From: an uncultured Lentisphaeria bacterium | GTDB lineage: Bacteria > Verrucomicrobiota > Lentisphaeria > JABSQK01 > JAJFLO01 | Reading direction: 5' to 3' | Length of the DNA: 32,000 bases | Assembly: GCA_951812855.1 (NCBI GenBank) | Contig: OX638337.1 | Location: 1,200,001 to 1,232,000 of the forward strand | Shown here: positions 20,438 through 30,026 of the stretch, piece by piece | How positions within the stretch are numbered: position 1 is the stretch's first letter | Layout of the letters: each line of letters begins with the position of its first letter | Notes under the pieces: model-generated | The model's input: only the letters and a program-made list of their open reading frames with translations | The model's database searches: none | What the model was told of the DNA's origin: nothing | Translations under genes and position numbers: made by a program

Positions 20438-21128
20438 ATTGTTTGTATCTATTCAGGGTGAAGGTAAATATCTGGGCCATCCATCAATCTTCATCAGAAC
20501 TTCCGGATGTAATTTAAAGTGCCGGTGGGGGCAAACAAAATGTGACACACCTTATACGTCATGGGATCCGGAATCTAACCCCGTCACAATAAAACGTATT
20601 ATTGATAATGTAAAAAATCTATCGCAAAAATATCCCGAAATTAATGAATTAATTTTAACCGGCGGGGAGCCAATGATACAAAAAAATCTTCATTTGCTAA
20701 TCGATGAAATAAAAATGCTTAATTATTTTATTACGCTTGAGACCAATGGAACGTCAGCAAAACATTTAAATTTAGATTTTATTTCAATATCACCTAAACT
20801 TAAGAGTTCGACCCCGGTTGAATCAAATTTCGAAAAAATGCATGAAGAAAAACGATATAACAAAGAAGCTCTGCTGTTTTGGCTTGATAACTATGACTGC
20901 CAATTAAAATTCGTTGTAAACGTTCCGGAAGATGAACTTGAAATTCTGAATCTTTTAAGTGATTTAAACTACAACAGCCCTGATACTATTTACCTTATGC
21001 CCCAGGGAATTGATTCAAAACAATTAAAGGAAAACTCAAAATTATGCGTTGATATCTGCCTGAGTCATGGATGGAACGTTAGCCCCAGAGCACACATCGA
21101 TATATTCGGAAATATCCGGGGTAAATAA
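20403..21128 (+). CDS. queE: 7-carboxy-7-deazaguanine synthase (radical SAM)
   Basis: The N-terminus ELFVSIQGEGKYLGHPSIFIRTSGCNLKC...CDTPYTSW matches the QueE signature. The ATG at 20403 overlaps queD by 35 nt; a TTG at 20439 is a non-overlapping alternative start. Confidence 0.85.
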   Translation: MQIPRKQINISELFVSIQGEGKYLGHPSIFIRTSGCNLKCRWGQTKCDTPYTSWDPESNPVTIKRIIDNVKNLSQKYPEINELILTGGEPMIQKNLHLLIDEIKMLNYFITLETNGTSAKHLNLDFISISPKLKSSTPVESNFEKMHEEKRYNKEALLFWLDNYDCQLKFVVNVPEDELEILNLLSDLNYNSPDTIYLMPQGIDSKQLKENSKLCVDICLSHGWNVSPRAHIDIFGNIRGK

Positions 21129-21220
21129 AATTCAGAACAAATTTAAAATCTTAATTTTCAGTTTGGAAGCTTCGAATACTCTCACGTTTATTCAATTTCA
21201 TTTAAATAGTGTCTATCGAT

Positions 21221-22399
21221 TTAATATTCATTAATCAGGCGCTGCAGTTCATTAAAAAACGTATCGACTTCATCTTCTGAATTTTGGTACCCGAAACTTA
21301 ACCGAATTGCCTCAAAAGCAGATTTTCGAGATACCCCCATTGAGGTTAAAATGCGACTGGGCGATTTTGATTCTGCAGAACAGGCACTGCCAGTGCCAAT
21401 GATGATATGACGTTCACCCAGCATTCGCATGACAATCGCTCCTTCGTAAGCGGGAAGGCTTACATTAATTATAAATGGGGATCCATGTTCTCCTGAATTA
21501 AACTGAACATTTAGTCTTCTGCCTCTCCTGTCATATAGTTTATTAAAACCATCCCTGGTTTTTCGAATGATTAAAGATGTTTTTTGCATTAACTCTTTTT
21601 TTATTGAGAATAGTTTTTTTACTGCTGAACAAAACATGAAAATTCCCGGCACATCCAGACTGCCTGAACGTAGATTATTCTGTTGACCTCCTCCTTCAAA
21701 AACAGGCGTTAGTTTGACTCTTCTTTTTCGGATTACCAAGGCTCCAACGCCACCTGGTCCATGAATTTTATGACCGGCAAATGACATTAAGTCTACCCGG
21801 GCTGATTCCCAGGGAATATCCAATTTACCTAATGCTTGAACTGCATCAATGTGCAGTAATGCACCCGGTGCTTTTAAATTCATAATTTCTCTAACACCTG
21901 CTAAATCCTGTATCGAGCCTGTTTCGTTCTGAACCAGACATACAGAAACCAGTTTAGTTTGTTTTGTCAAGCATGTTGCCAGATGATCGAAATCAATCAA
22001 CCCCGAACGATCAACATTTACAAATTTTACACTATTCTTAAACTGTGAAAGTCTTCGTAAAGGGTTAAATACAGATGGATGCTCAACAGTTGTTGAAACC
22101 AGCGAATTACCTGAGGGACGGGGACAAAATGAATTGAGTCCAAACAACGCAAGGTTATTGGCTTCGGTACCGCCACTTGTCCAAATAATCTCAGAATCAT
22201 CAGGTGCTGTTCCAACTAGTTCCAAGAGTTCTTTTGAAACTCTGCCAAGCTCTTTTCGTGTTGTAAGTCCTAACGAGTGTGGTGCACCGGGATTGGCATA
22301 ATGACGTTGTAATAATTCTCCGAACTGATCTATCAATTCAGGAAATAAAGGAGTGGATGCTGCATTATCAAAATAAATTAGATTATCGGTATCTTCCAT
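21221..22399 (-). CDS. Cysteine desulfurase, NifS/IscS-type (class V aminotransferase)
   Basis: 392 aa. IYFDNAASTP is present. The PLP-lysine segment is SFAGHKIHGPGGVGAL and the active-site Cys loop is IIGTGSACSA. Confidence 0.9.
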   Translation of the reverse strand: MEDTDNLIYFDNAASTPLFPELIDQFGELLQRHYANPGAPHSLGLTTRKELGRVSKELLELVGTAPDDSEIIWTSGGTEANNLALFGLNSFCPRPSGNSLVSTTVEHPSVFNPLRRLSQFKNSVKFVNVDRSGLIDFDHLATCLTKQTKLVSVCLVQNETGSIQDLAGVREIMNLKAPGALLHIDAVQALGKLDIPWESARVDLMSFAGHKIHGPGGVGALVIRKRRVKLTPVFEGGGQQNNLRSGSLDVPGIFMFCSAVKKLFSIKKELMQKTSLIIRKTRDGFNKLYDRRGRRLNVQFNSGEHGSPFIINVSLPAYEGAIVMRMLGERHIIIGTGSACSAESKSPSRILTSMGVSRKSAFEAIRLSFGYQNSEDEVDTFFNELQRLINEY

Positions 22400-22505
22400 A
22401 TTTGGGCACTGTAAAATTTGTTTGGAGGATTTAATACACTAAATTCAAGAATACAAATATCATAATTGCTGCAATGGAAAGAACAACAGTCAATTAACGG
22501 TCAAA

Positions 22506-23054
22506 ATGAGAGAAGAAGACCTATTCAGAACAATGGTAAAAAAACGAATTTCCAAGGCATCAATAAAGAATCGAATCCGAGAATTAGCCCGTCAAATAAA
22601 TTCAGATTATGAAGATCAATCTGTTATTTTCCTAATAATTGCAAATGGTGCACTTATTTTTGGCTCTGATCTGGTTCGTCTTATCTCTGTACCACTTAAG
22701 TTTGACACATTATCTGTATCAACTTACATTGGAACTGAAAGCACAAAGACATTATCACTGAACTCAAGACTCAAACTGGACATAACCAATCAAAACATTG
22801 TGATAGCAGATGACATATTCGATACAGGATATACGCTGAGTTGCGTTTTTGAAATTGTCAGGAAATTCAAACCAAAAACAATAAAATCCTGTGTCTTGAT
22901 ATCAAAACGTAAAAACAGAACGTTAGATTTTACTCCTGATTATGTCGGATTTGAAATCGATGATGAATTTGTGGTCGGTTATGGTCTTGACTATAACGAA
23001 GACTACAGGAACTTAGAATATATCGGTGTACTAAACCAAAGCATTTATAAATAA
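22506..23054 (+). CDS. hpt: Hypoxanthine(-guanine) phosphoribosyltransferase
   Basis: 182 aa. The PRPP-binding motif is IVIADDIFDTGYTLS, and the C-terminal VVGYGLDYNEDYRNL is typical of Hpt. Confidence 0.85.
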   Translation: MREEDLFRTMVKKRISKASIKNRIRELARQINSDYEDQSVIFLIIANGALIFGSDLVRLISVPLKFDTLSVSTYIGTESTKTLSLNSRLKLDITNQNIVIADDIFDTGYTLSCVFEIVRKFKPKTIKSCVLISKRKNRTLDFTPDYVGFEIDDEFVVGYGLDYNEDYRNLEYIGVLNQSIYK

Positions 23055-23058
23055 TATC

Positions 23059-23919
23059 ATGACGTTATTTTTCGATTTTCTTCAAATAATTCAGAATTTA
23101 TTACAATACCTGATACAGGTTGGGATGCTTGCAGCAATTATTTATACAACATTGTTATTTATTAAAGGTACCCGGGCAGAACCCATACTGATTGGAATTG
23201 TCATGACGATTCTCGGCGGCTGGTTTTTTGCACATCTTTTGGGACTTGAAGTCATCCAATGGATCCTGACGAAATTGCCGGCACTAATGGTATTTGCAAT
23301 GCTCATAATTTTTCAGCCGGAAATTCGTCGGGCATTTGCAGAGATTGGTATAAATCCCCACCGATTTATTAAAAGTAATAAAAGAGTTTCTAAAACAATT
23401 GACAGTTTAATTGAAACTTCTTACAACTTAGGCGGTAAACATATTGGTGCGTTAATTGCTGTTGAACGTGATATTGGAATGAGATCGTATACCGAATCCG
23501 GTGTACAGATAAATGCACCAATATCTGTGGAGCTGTTAATGACAATTTTTCATCCTAATACGCCGCTGCACGACGGTGCTGTTGTGATAAAAAACGGTAT
23601 AATTCTATCTGCTTCATGCTTTTTCCCCCTCACTCAAACCCAATTAAGTCGAACTTTAGGCACACGTCACCGTGCTGGAATTGGAATTACAGAAGAAACG
23701 GATTCAATAGTAATAATTGTATCTGAAGAAGATGGCAATGTCAGTGTTGCAAAAAAGGGTCGATTAGTAAAAAATATTGATAAAGAAAGACTGCGGCGAC
23801 ATTTAATAAATTTTCTATTAAAGGAGAAACCAAAGACCGTCATTGAGCAGACTTCAATAACACCTAAAGAGAAAATGGTTTTTCTAAAAAATCTGCTGAT
23901 AAAAAGAAAAAGAGGTTGA
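23059..23919 (+). CDS. cdaA: Diadenylate cyclase CdaA/DacA (membrane-anchored)
   Basis: Three N-terminal hydrophobic helices are followed by a DAC domain with the motifs TPLHDGAVVI and GTRHRAGIGITEETD. Confidence 0.9.
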   Translation: MTLFFDFLQIIQNLLQYLIQVGMLAAIIYTTLLFIKGTRAEPILIGIVMTILGGWFFAHLLGLEVIQWILTKLPALMVFAMLIIFQPEIRRAFAEIGINPHRFIKSNKRVSKTIDSLIETSYNLGGKHIGALIAVERDIGMRSYTESGVQINAPISVELLMTIFHPNTPLHDGAVVIKNGIILSASCFFPLTQTQLSRTLGTRHRAGIGITEETDSIVIIVSEEDGNVSVAKKGRLVKNIDKERLRRHLINFLLKEKPKTVIEQTSITPKEKMVFLKNLLIKRKRG

Positions 23920-23925
23920 TCAATC

Positions 23926-24876
23926 GTGAAATTGCACCCGTTTATTACTATAGATTTTCCGAGAAAATTTGCGTCTCTGTTATGTGCAGGTGCAATTTGC
24001 TATTTTGTCCATAAACAGATCCAGGAAGAAGAAGTGTTCAGAGATATTCCGGTGACATTCAAACATTCAGAAGACTTAGTAATCCTAAAAAATGAAGTCC
24101 AGAAAATCAACGTTAAATTAAGAGGACCGAAACGACGATTAAAAAATCTAACGAATGCTGATATTAAAATTATCGGACAAATCAGTGATCAGGCAATCAG
24201 CGGTCGCTATACGGTTTTACTGAGAGAAAAAAATATTGAAATACCAAGGAATTTAAATATTATTGAAATTACACCGGACTCACTCATTGTTCATGTTGAT
24301 ACTGTAAAGACAATTGAGGGTGTGCCAATTCGATGTCGTTTTACCGGTCAACTTCCCGAAGGATATGGCAGAAAAAACTTTCAGGTTTTACCTAAAACAG
24401 CAGGAATATCCGGACCGTCCGGGGTTGTTAGTGATATTAAAGAACTTGTAACCAATGCAATTGAACTGGATCGAAATATTCATGAAGATTTTGAAGTTGA
24501 AGTGCCATTGTTAAAGATACCCCAACTCTCCATTTCTCCGGAAACTGTAAAAGTGACAGTTGAACTTTACAAAATGAAAGACAGTAAATTTTTTAACAAT
24601 CTGGATATTTCGATAATGGAAAATAATAGTGATCTATTTTTCGTCGAACAATTTGTTAATCCGATCAACCCAAAAATTGAAGCGGTTCTGGGAGGACCAA
24701 AATCAACAATTGACATCATAACAAGTTCATCCCTGCGACCGTTTATTGATATCTCTGACATTTCAAAATCAGGAATTTATAAACTGCCGGTGCATTTATG
24801 GGTGGATGCCAAAGACTGTAAAGCATTGGAAATAAAACCAATGATTGTTGAAGTTAAAATGAGTCGGAAGCAGTAA
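23926..24876 (+). CDS. cdaR: YbbR-domain protein, probable CdaA regulator
   Basis: 316 aa with a GTG start 7 nt after cdaA. It has an N-terminal membrane anchor followed by repeated beta-rich YbbR-like segments. Its position immediately downstream of cdaA supports the call. Confidence 0.75.
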   Translation: MKLHPFITIDFPRKFASLLCAGAICYFVHKQIQEEEVFRDIPVTFKHSEDLVILKNEVQKINVKLRGPKRRLKNLTNADIKIIGQISDQAISGRYTVLLREKNIEIPRNLNIIEITPDSLIVHVDTVKTIEGVPIRCRFTGQLPEGYGRKNFQVLPKTAGISGPSGVVSDIKELVTNAIELDRNIHEDFEVEVPLLKIPQLSISPETVKVTVELYKMKDSKFFNNLDISIMENNSDLFFVEQFVNPINPKIEAVLGGPKSTIDIITSSSLRPFIDISDISKSGIYKLPVHLWVDAKDCKALEIKPMIVEVKMSRKQ

Positions 24877-25106
24877 AGATCCACTTTCCGGCGATGTTAT
24901 ACAGAGAATCTATCTGGATTTCTTATCGTAAATTTACCTGATTCAGTGGTATGGGACTTCAACCAATTTAAAATTAACGGCCTCGCTGTAAATCCGCCAA
25001 AGATTAGAATGAACAACAGGGTATGACACTTCATGAAACGACTTCTCATAAGAGAGTGGGATTAAATCTCCGTTGATGAAAACAATGTTAAAAAAAAATT
25101 GAAATG

Positions 25107-26252
25107 TTACCCGAGAGAATCAATGAGTTTAATTAACGGCATAAACAATGCAATAACGATCCCGCCAACGACACCTGCAAGAAAACAAATCATAGCAGGT
25201 TCAATTAATGCAGTCAACACTTCTACTGTTTGATCAACTTCCTCTTCATAGTTAACGGCAATTCGTCCCAACATGTCAGGCAATGATCCTGTTTCTTCTC
25301 CGACTTCAATCATGCTGACAACCATCCCTGGAAATACTTGAGTTGATTCGAGAGGTTTCGTCATTCCTTCACCTTCTGCGACGGCATCATGAACTGTCTG
25401 TATTGCATCTGCAACAAGCTGGTTGCCAAATGTATCCCTGGTAATTATTAATGCCTGCAAAATAGAAACACCTGAACTCATCAACGTGCCAAGCGTAGAA
25501 CAAAATCGAGCGGTATTAATTTTTATTACCAACTGATTTATCGGTGGAACTTTATAGGCAATATAGTCAAAAGCATAAGAACCTATTTTTGTTTTCATTG
25601 CCATTTTAAATAGAAAATATCCTGCTCCTCCAGCAATTAACCCCTGCAACCACTTCGTCTTCATGAAATCACTGACAGCCATAACAAAAACAGTGAAACC
25701 CGGCAAAGGTTCACCTGCCAACATTTCATCAAATATTTTGGCAAATTTGGGAACGATAAAGATCATTAACCCGGATGCAATTGAAAGTGCAATAAATAAA
25801 ACTGATAACGGGTAAGTCAGTGCGGTTTTGACTCTGGCTTTCAATTTTGCTGATTTTTCCATAAATTCGGCAAGCTTATCCAATACACTCTCCATAGATC
25901 CGGATGCTTCACCGGCCCGGATCATATTAACAAACAATCTGTTAAACGATTTCGGGTGTTTTGACATTGCTTCAGAAAATGTCATACCGCCTTCGATATC
26001 ATCGGCCAATTCTCCAATTACTTGTTTAGCCATGGGATCTTTCGCTTGTTTCTCAAGAGTTCGCAAACCTCGAAGCAAGGGTAAACCCGCGTCAAGCAAT
26101 ATTCCAAGCTGGCGTGTAAACCGGCACAATAATTTTAGAGAAAGTTTCGGACTCCAAAACGGTATAAACCTAAGACCGCCACCTTTTTTTCTTTTTGCCT
26201 GAATCCCTGGATATTGCATCACCATCTTTTCCTTGACCATCCATTGCAGCAT
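25107..26252 (-). CDS. pilC: Type IV pilus / type II secretion platform protein PilC/GspF; the N-terminus is problematic
   Basis: Two GspF-type repeats are present (FTRQLGILLDAGLPLLRGL ... and FCSTLGTLMSSGVSILQAL), together with three hydrophobic segments. The track start at 26252 has no SD. Internal ATGs (MVMQYPG) follow AAGGA. The canonical N-terminal motif lies out of frame upstream (see next feature). Confidence 0.85.
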   Translation of the reverse strand: MLQWMVKEKMVMQYPGIQAKRKKGGGLRFIPFWSPKLSLKLLCRFTRQLGILLDAGLPLLRGLRTLEKQAKDPMAKQVIGELADDIEGGMTFSEAMSKHPKSFNRLFVNMIRAGEASGSMESVLDKLAEFMEKSAKLKARVKTALTYPLSVLFIALSIASGLMIFIVPKFAKIFDEMLAGEPLPGFTVFVMAVSDFMKTKWLQGLIAGGAGYFLFKMAMKTKIGSYAFDYIAYKVPPINQLVIKINTARFCSTLGTLMSSGVSILQALIITRDTFGNQLVADAIQTVHDAVAEGEGMTKPLESTQVFPGMVVSMIEVGEETGSLPDMLGRIAVNYEEEVDQTVEVLTALIEPAMICFLAGVVGGIVIALFMPLIKLIDSLG

Positions 26253-26268
26253 AGTTGAATTGTGCCAT
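26170..26268 (-). other. 32-codon out-of-frame ORF carrying the canonical PilC/GspF N-terminal motif behind the strongest SD
   Basis: AGGAGG (26277-26282, minus strand) lies 8 nt before the ATG at 26268. The translation is MAQFNYAAMDGQGKDGDAISRDSGKKKKRWRS*. MAQFNYAAMDGQGK matches the M..F.Y.A.D..GK start of GspF/PilC proteins. The ORF ends at a TAG (26170-26172) just after an A5-G-A7 tract (plus-strand T runs at 26192-26196 and 26184-26190). Confidence 0.6.
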
Positions 26269-26306
26269 ATGATGATCCTCCTGATTTATTCAATCGATTC
26301 GAATAA

Positions 26307-27374
26307 TTATTTAGTTCCCTGCATCTGTTGAATAACACTTTGTGCATCTTTACACTTAGTAATTAATTCACCGTACGAAATTTTACCCTCCTGATATAAC
26401 TCCGTCAACCGTGCATCCAAAGTCTGCATTCCATATTTAGCACCGGTTTGAATATCAGAGGTTATTCTAAATGTTTTTCCATCTCTGATTAATGATTTAA
26501 TCGATGGGGTACTTATCATTATTTCATGTGCAGCAACTCGACCTGGCCGGTCATGCCTTGGACATAAAACCTGTGAAATAACTGCAACAATTGAGTTCGC
26601 TAACTGGATTCTGATCTGTTCTTGCTGATCTGCTGGAAACGCACCAACTATACGATCAATTGTTTCAGCTGCACCTGTAGTATGAAGAGTACTAAATACT
26701 AAATGGCCGGTTTCAGCTGCGGTAACTGCTGATTCAATGGTTTCTAAATCCCTCATTTCTCCAACCAGAATAATATCAGGGTCCTGACGCAATGCTCCTC
26801 TCAACCCATCAGCAAATGACGGAACATCAACATGAACTTCCCGCTGGGTCACAACACATTTTTTATGCGGATGATAGAATTCGATAGGTTCTTCAATTGT
26901 TATTATATGATCATTACGCTCATGGTTAATAATATTTATCATCGATGCCAATGTTGTAGATTTACCACTTCCTGTAGGCCCGGTAACTAAACACATTCCT
27001 CTCGGTTTGAATAAGATATCCTTTATAATCGGGGGAAGACCAATCTGTTCAAGTGTAAGTAGATCATTTGGAATAACACGTAAAACCATCCCGATATTCC
27101 CTTTTGTTTTAAATACGCTGACTCGAAATCGTGCAGCTGTTCCGAATGCAAACCCAAAGTCGCATCCACCATGTGTCCGGATTTTCTGCTGATTTTCCAG
27201 TGCTGTGATTGACTTCATCAGACTTTCTGTATCATCAGGAGTCAGAGGAGCGGTGTCAAGACTTACGATGTGTCCGTCCATCCGTATCATTGGAGGTACC
27301 CCCACTTGAATATGAAGATCACTACCACCTTCATCAAGGATCAACTGCAATAAATCATTCATCTCTATGGCCAT
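26307..27374 (-). CDS. pilT: Twitching-motility ATPase PilT
   Basis: 355 aa. The N-terminus [19 protein letters not shown], Walker [15 protein letters not shown], and the length and sequence pattern all fit PilT-type retraction ATPases. Confidence 0.92.
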   Translation of the reverse strand: MAIEMNDLLQLILDEGGSDLHIQVGVPPMIRMDGHIVSLDTAPLTPDDTESLMKSITALENQQKIRTHGGCDFGFAFGTAARFRVSVFKTKGNIGMVLRVIPNDLLTLEQIGLPPIIKDILFKPRGMCLVTGPTGSGKSTTLASMINIINHERNDHIITIEEPIEFYHPHKKCVVTQREVHVDVPSFADGLRGALRQDPDIILVGEMRDLETIESAVTAAETGHLVFSTLHTTGAAETIDRIVGAFPADQQEQIRIQLANSIVAVISQVLCPRHDRPGRVAAHEIMISTPSIKSLIRDGKTFRITSDIQTGAKYGMQTLDARLTELYQEGKISYGELITKCKDAQSVIQQMQGTK

Positions 27375-27801
27375 AAAAATCCCAACCGTATCTTTATCTT
27401 TTCGGCATATTAATTAATATATCAAAAAAAGCTGTCAAACTGCTGTCGTTCCCATAAATAAATAATGTCTGATCCTGTTGTTGTATTAATTCCCGCTATA
27501 TCAACCTGTGTCAGTAACTGATTAATAAATATGTTAATTTCTTTATTGACAGGTTATAAGGTGTTTAGTATTCATCTTATAAACAGGGTTAGATCGATGT
27601 ATCTTCTTTTATATTAATTAGAAAAAAATTTTATTGACAAATCAACAGCTTTTAATAGGAATATAATAAAGTTAAAATATATAATAAATTATTAAAAAAA
27701 TGATAACAAATCCGAACGTTAAACTCTATTATTCTAAACTTGTTTTATTAAAACATAAAATGTATCTTGTTAATCCATAAGATTAAGGGGTGAAATAAAA
27801 T

Positions 27802-28896
27802 ATGAAAATCAGTGTTCCAACACACAGCTTAGTTATGAGTCTTAGAAAAGTCTTGAATATTGTCAGTCCAAGATCAACACTGCCTGTTTTATCAAATGTT
27901 CTCTTAACCGCCTCGAAAAATGAATTGTCATTATTTACAACTGATTTAGAAATTTGTATTACTACCAAAATAACTGCTGAAGTAGAATCTGAAGGCCAAA
28001 CAACAATTCCGGCAAAGAAGTTCGGCCAGATCGTAAGCACATTGTCGGGAGAGAATGTAACAATTGAAACAGATTCTGAACTTATAACAAGTATCTCTTC
28101 GGGAAAAGCCCTGTTCAAAATAATGGGATTAAATCCATCCGAATTTCCCAAAGAGACTGAATTTCAGGAAAATCAGACATTATTGTTTAATAAGATGGAT
28201 TTTCTGAAGATTTTAAAAAAAATCTGTTATTCAAGCAGCAAGGATCAAACCCGGATCATTTTGAACGGAATTCTTCTAAGTATGAGAGAAGGAAATTTAA
28301 CGGCAGTTGCAACAGATGGGCGACGGTTGGCTTTAGTAGAAAAAGTACTTGATAATCAGGACTCTCTCATAGACTGCGATGTCATCTTGCCCAGTAAAGT
28401 GGTTAATGAATTACAAAAACTTTTGGATGAAGATGGCGATGCCAGTATAAAATTATCCGATTCAAATGCAACCTTTATTATTGATAACACGGTTTTAACG
28501 ACGAAATTAATAGAGGGAAGTTATCCAAATTACCGCCAGGTTATACCTGCTTCGTTTACTAATTCTATACAACTGCCGCGGGAAAATTTTTCAGAGGTAC
28601 TTAACCGGGTATCAATTGTGGTCAACGAATCAGGTTCATCAGTGAAATTTTCTTTAGAACAGGATGAGGCTGTTTTAGAAGCAAATTCTGCTGAAATCGG
28701 TGAGGCAAATGAATCAATGCAAGTTGCTTACCAGGGAGATCCTCTTTCTATTTCATTTAATCCCGACTATCTTAAAGATCCTTTAAAAGTATTGGATTGT
28801 GATGAATTGACGCTTCGGTTTAATGACGAATATAAACCTGTTGTTATGCTTGGAGATGAGGGGTTTTTATATGTCATTATGCCCATGCGCAGTTAA
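27802..28896 (+). CDS. dnaN: DNA polymerase III beta sliding clamp
   Basis: 364 aa with a three-domain beta-clamp pattern. AVATDGRRLALVE and the C-terminal PVVMLGDEGFLYVIMPMR are typical. An AAGGGG SD lies upstream. Confidence 0.95.
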   Translation: MKISVPTHSLVMSLRKVLNIVSPRSTLPVLSNVLLTASKNELSLFTTDLEICITTKITAEVESEGQTTIPAKKFGQIVSTLSGENVTIETDSELITSISSGKALFKIMGLNPSEFPKETEFQENQTLLFNKMDFLKILKKICYSSSKDQTRIILNGILLSMREGNLTAVATDGRRLALVEKVLDNQDSLIDCDVILPSKVVNELQKLLDEDGDASIKLSDSNATFIIDNTVLTTKLIEGSYPNYRQVIPASFTNSIQLPRENFSEVLNRVSIVVNESGSSVKFSLEQDEAVLEANSAEIGEANESMQVAYQGDPLSISFNPDYLKDPLKVLDCDELTLRFNDEYKPVVMLGDEGFLYVIMPMRS

Positions 28897-28909
28897 GCTC
28901 TGATGATTA

Positions 28910-30016
28910 ATGGGATTGTTTAATGAAATAACTGCAATACACTTTCGAAATTTCACCAAACTCAATCTGACATTCAGCTCCGGAATTAATGTTTTTGTTG
29001 GCGAAAACGGCCAGGGAAAAACAAATATCCTGGAATTAATCTATTTCATTTCTATTCTCAGATCTTTCAGAAGCAATAACTTGAAGAATCTGATTCAATG
29101 GCAGCAGAATTCGTTTTTACTTTCGGGGTGTGTAGAATGTCTTAATAGTAAAATGAAACTTAGTGTTCAGTTGGGTGAAACCAGAAGCCTGTATTTAAAT
29201 AATACTAAAATTAACCGAGCAAGTGAATTTATCGGCAGGATACGGTGTGTCCCGTTTGTATCCGAAGATATATATTTAGTTTATGGCAGTGGAAGTGATC
29301 GCCGAAAGTTTCTTGATATAACTTTATCTCAACTCTATCCGGATTACCTGTCAGCACTTCAAAACTATAATAAGGCGGTTAAATCAAGAAACAGGCTGTT
29401 GAAATGTGAACCTGTAAATTTTAAGGCGATTGGTGTGTTTGATTCCATATTAGCCACTGCAGGTGCATTGATAACACAGTACCGTTATCGATTTTGTAAT
29501 CGGTTAAATGAGCATTTAACCGATATTTCTCCAATAATGCTTGCTGGTAACGACCGGATAAAAATTAAGTATGAGTTCTCATATGACATTTCGGAAAAAG
29601 TGCAGACACAGGAAGAATTTCAACGTAGTTATCTCAATGCATTAAAAAAAAACATTGATAAAGACAGTCAATATAAACTGACAAGTGTGGGACCGCACAG
29701 AGATGATTTTCTTATTTTTTTCAATGAAAAATCACTAAACAATTTCGGTTCTGAAGGTGAGTGTCGGATTACTGTAATAATCTTAAAAATAGCATCCGGA
29801 AGGCTGTCAAATGAAACAGACAATAATAATGTTATTTATATTATAGATGATGTATTCGGTGAACTCGATGAAAAAAGAAGAGAATCGTTTCTAACATATC
29901 TTCAGGATATTAAACAGGTATTTATCACAACAACCGATAACAAAATTCTTGATTGTTTGCCGCATTCGTCAGTGTTTAACATAAGCAATGGCAAGGTTGT
30001 AAAATGTAAGGAATAA
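28910..30016 (+). CDS. recF: DNA replication and repair protein RecF
   Basis: 368 aa. Walker A is GENGQGKTNILE, the SMC-type signature/Walker B region is IYIIDDVFGELDEKRR, and its position directly after dnaN supports the call. Confidence 0.92.
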   Translation: MGLFNEITAIHFRNFTKLNLTFSSGINVFVGENGQGKTNILELIYFISILRSFRSNNLKNLIQWQQNSFLLSGCVECLNSKMKLSVQLGETRSLYLNNTKINRASEFIGRIRCVPFVSEDIYLVYGSGSDRRKFLDITLSQLYPDYLSALQNYNKAVKSRNRLLKCEPVNFKAIGVFDSILATAGALITQYRYRFCNRLNEHLTDISPIMLAGNDRIKIKYEFSYDISEKVQTQEEFQRSYLNALKKNIDKDSQYKLTSVGPHRDDFLIFFNEKSLNNFGSEGECRITVIILKIASGRLSNETDNNNVIYIIDDVFGELDEKRRESFLTYLQDIKQVFITTTDNKILDCLPHSSVFNISNGKVVKCKE

Positions 30017-30026
30017 AACGATTGAA

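Noticed and set aside
24897-25049. 50-codon minus-strand ORF downstream of pilC (MRSRFMKCHTLLFILIFGGFTARPLILNWLKSHTTESGKFTIRNPDRFSV) with a signal-peptide-like N-terminus
   Set aside because: It has no SD and is short. The GGFTA segment is not a prepilin G/FTLIE motif: there is no Glu at +5, and the hydrophobic stretch precedes the Gly. Nothing else supports it, so it could be random in AT-rich DNA.
27375-27801. oriC call for the AT-rich region upstream of dnaN
   Set aside because: No TTATCCACA-type DnaA box with 0-1 mismatch was found on either strand. There is only one 2-mismatch site, and dnaA is not adjacent. It is kept only as a low-interest observation.
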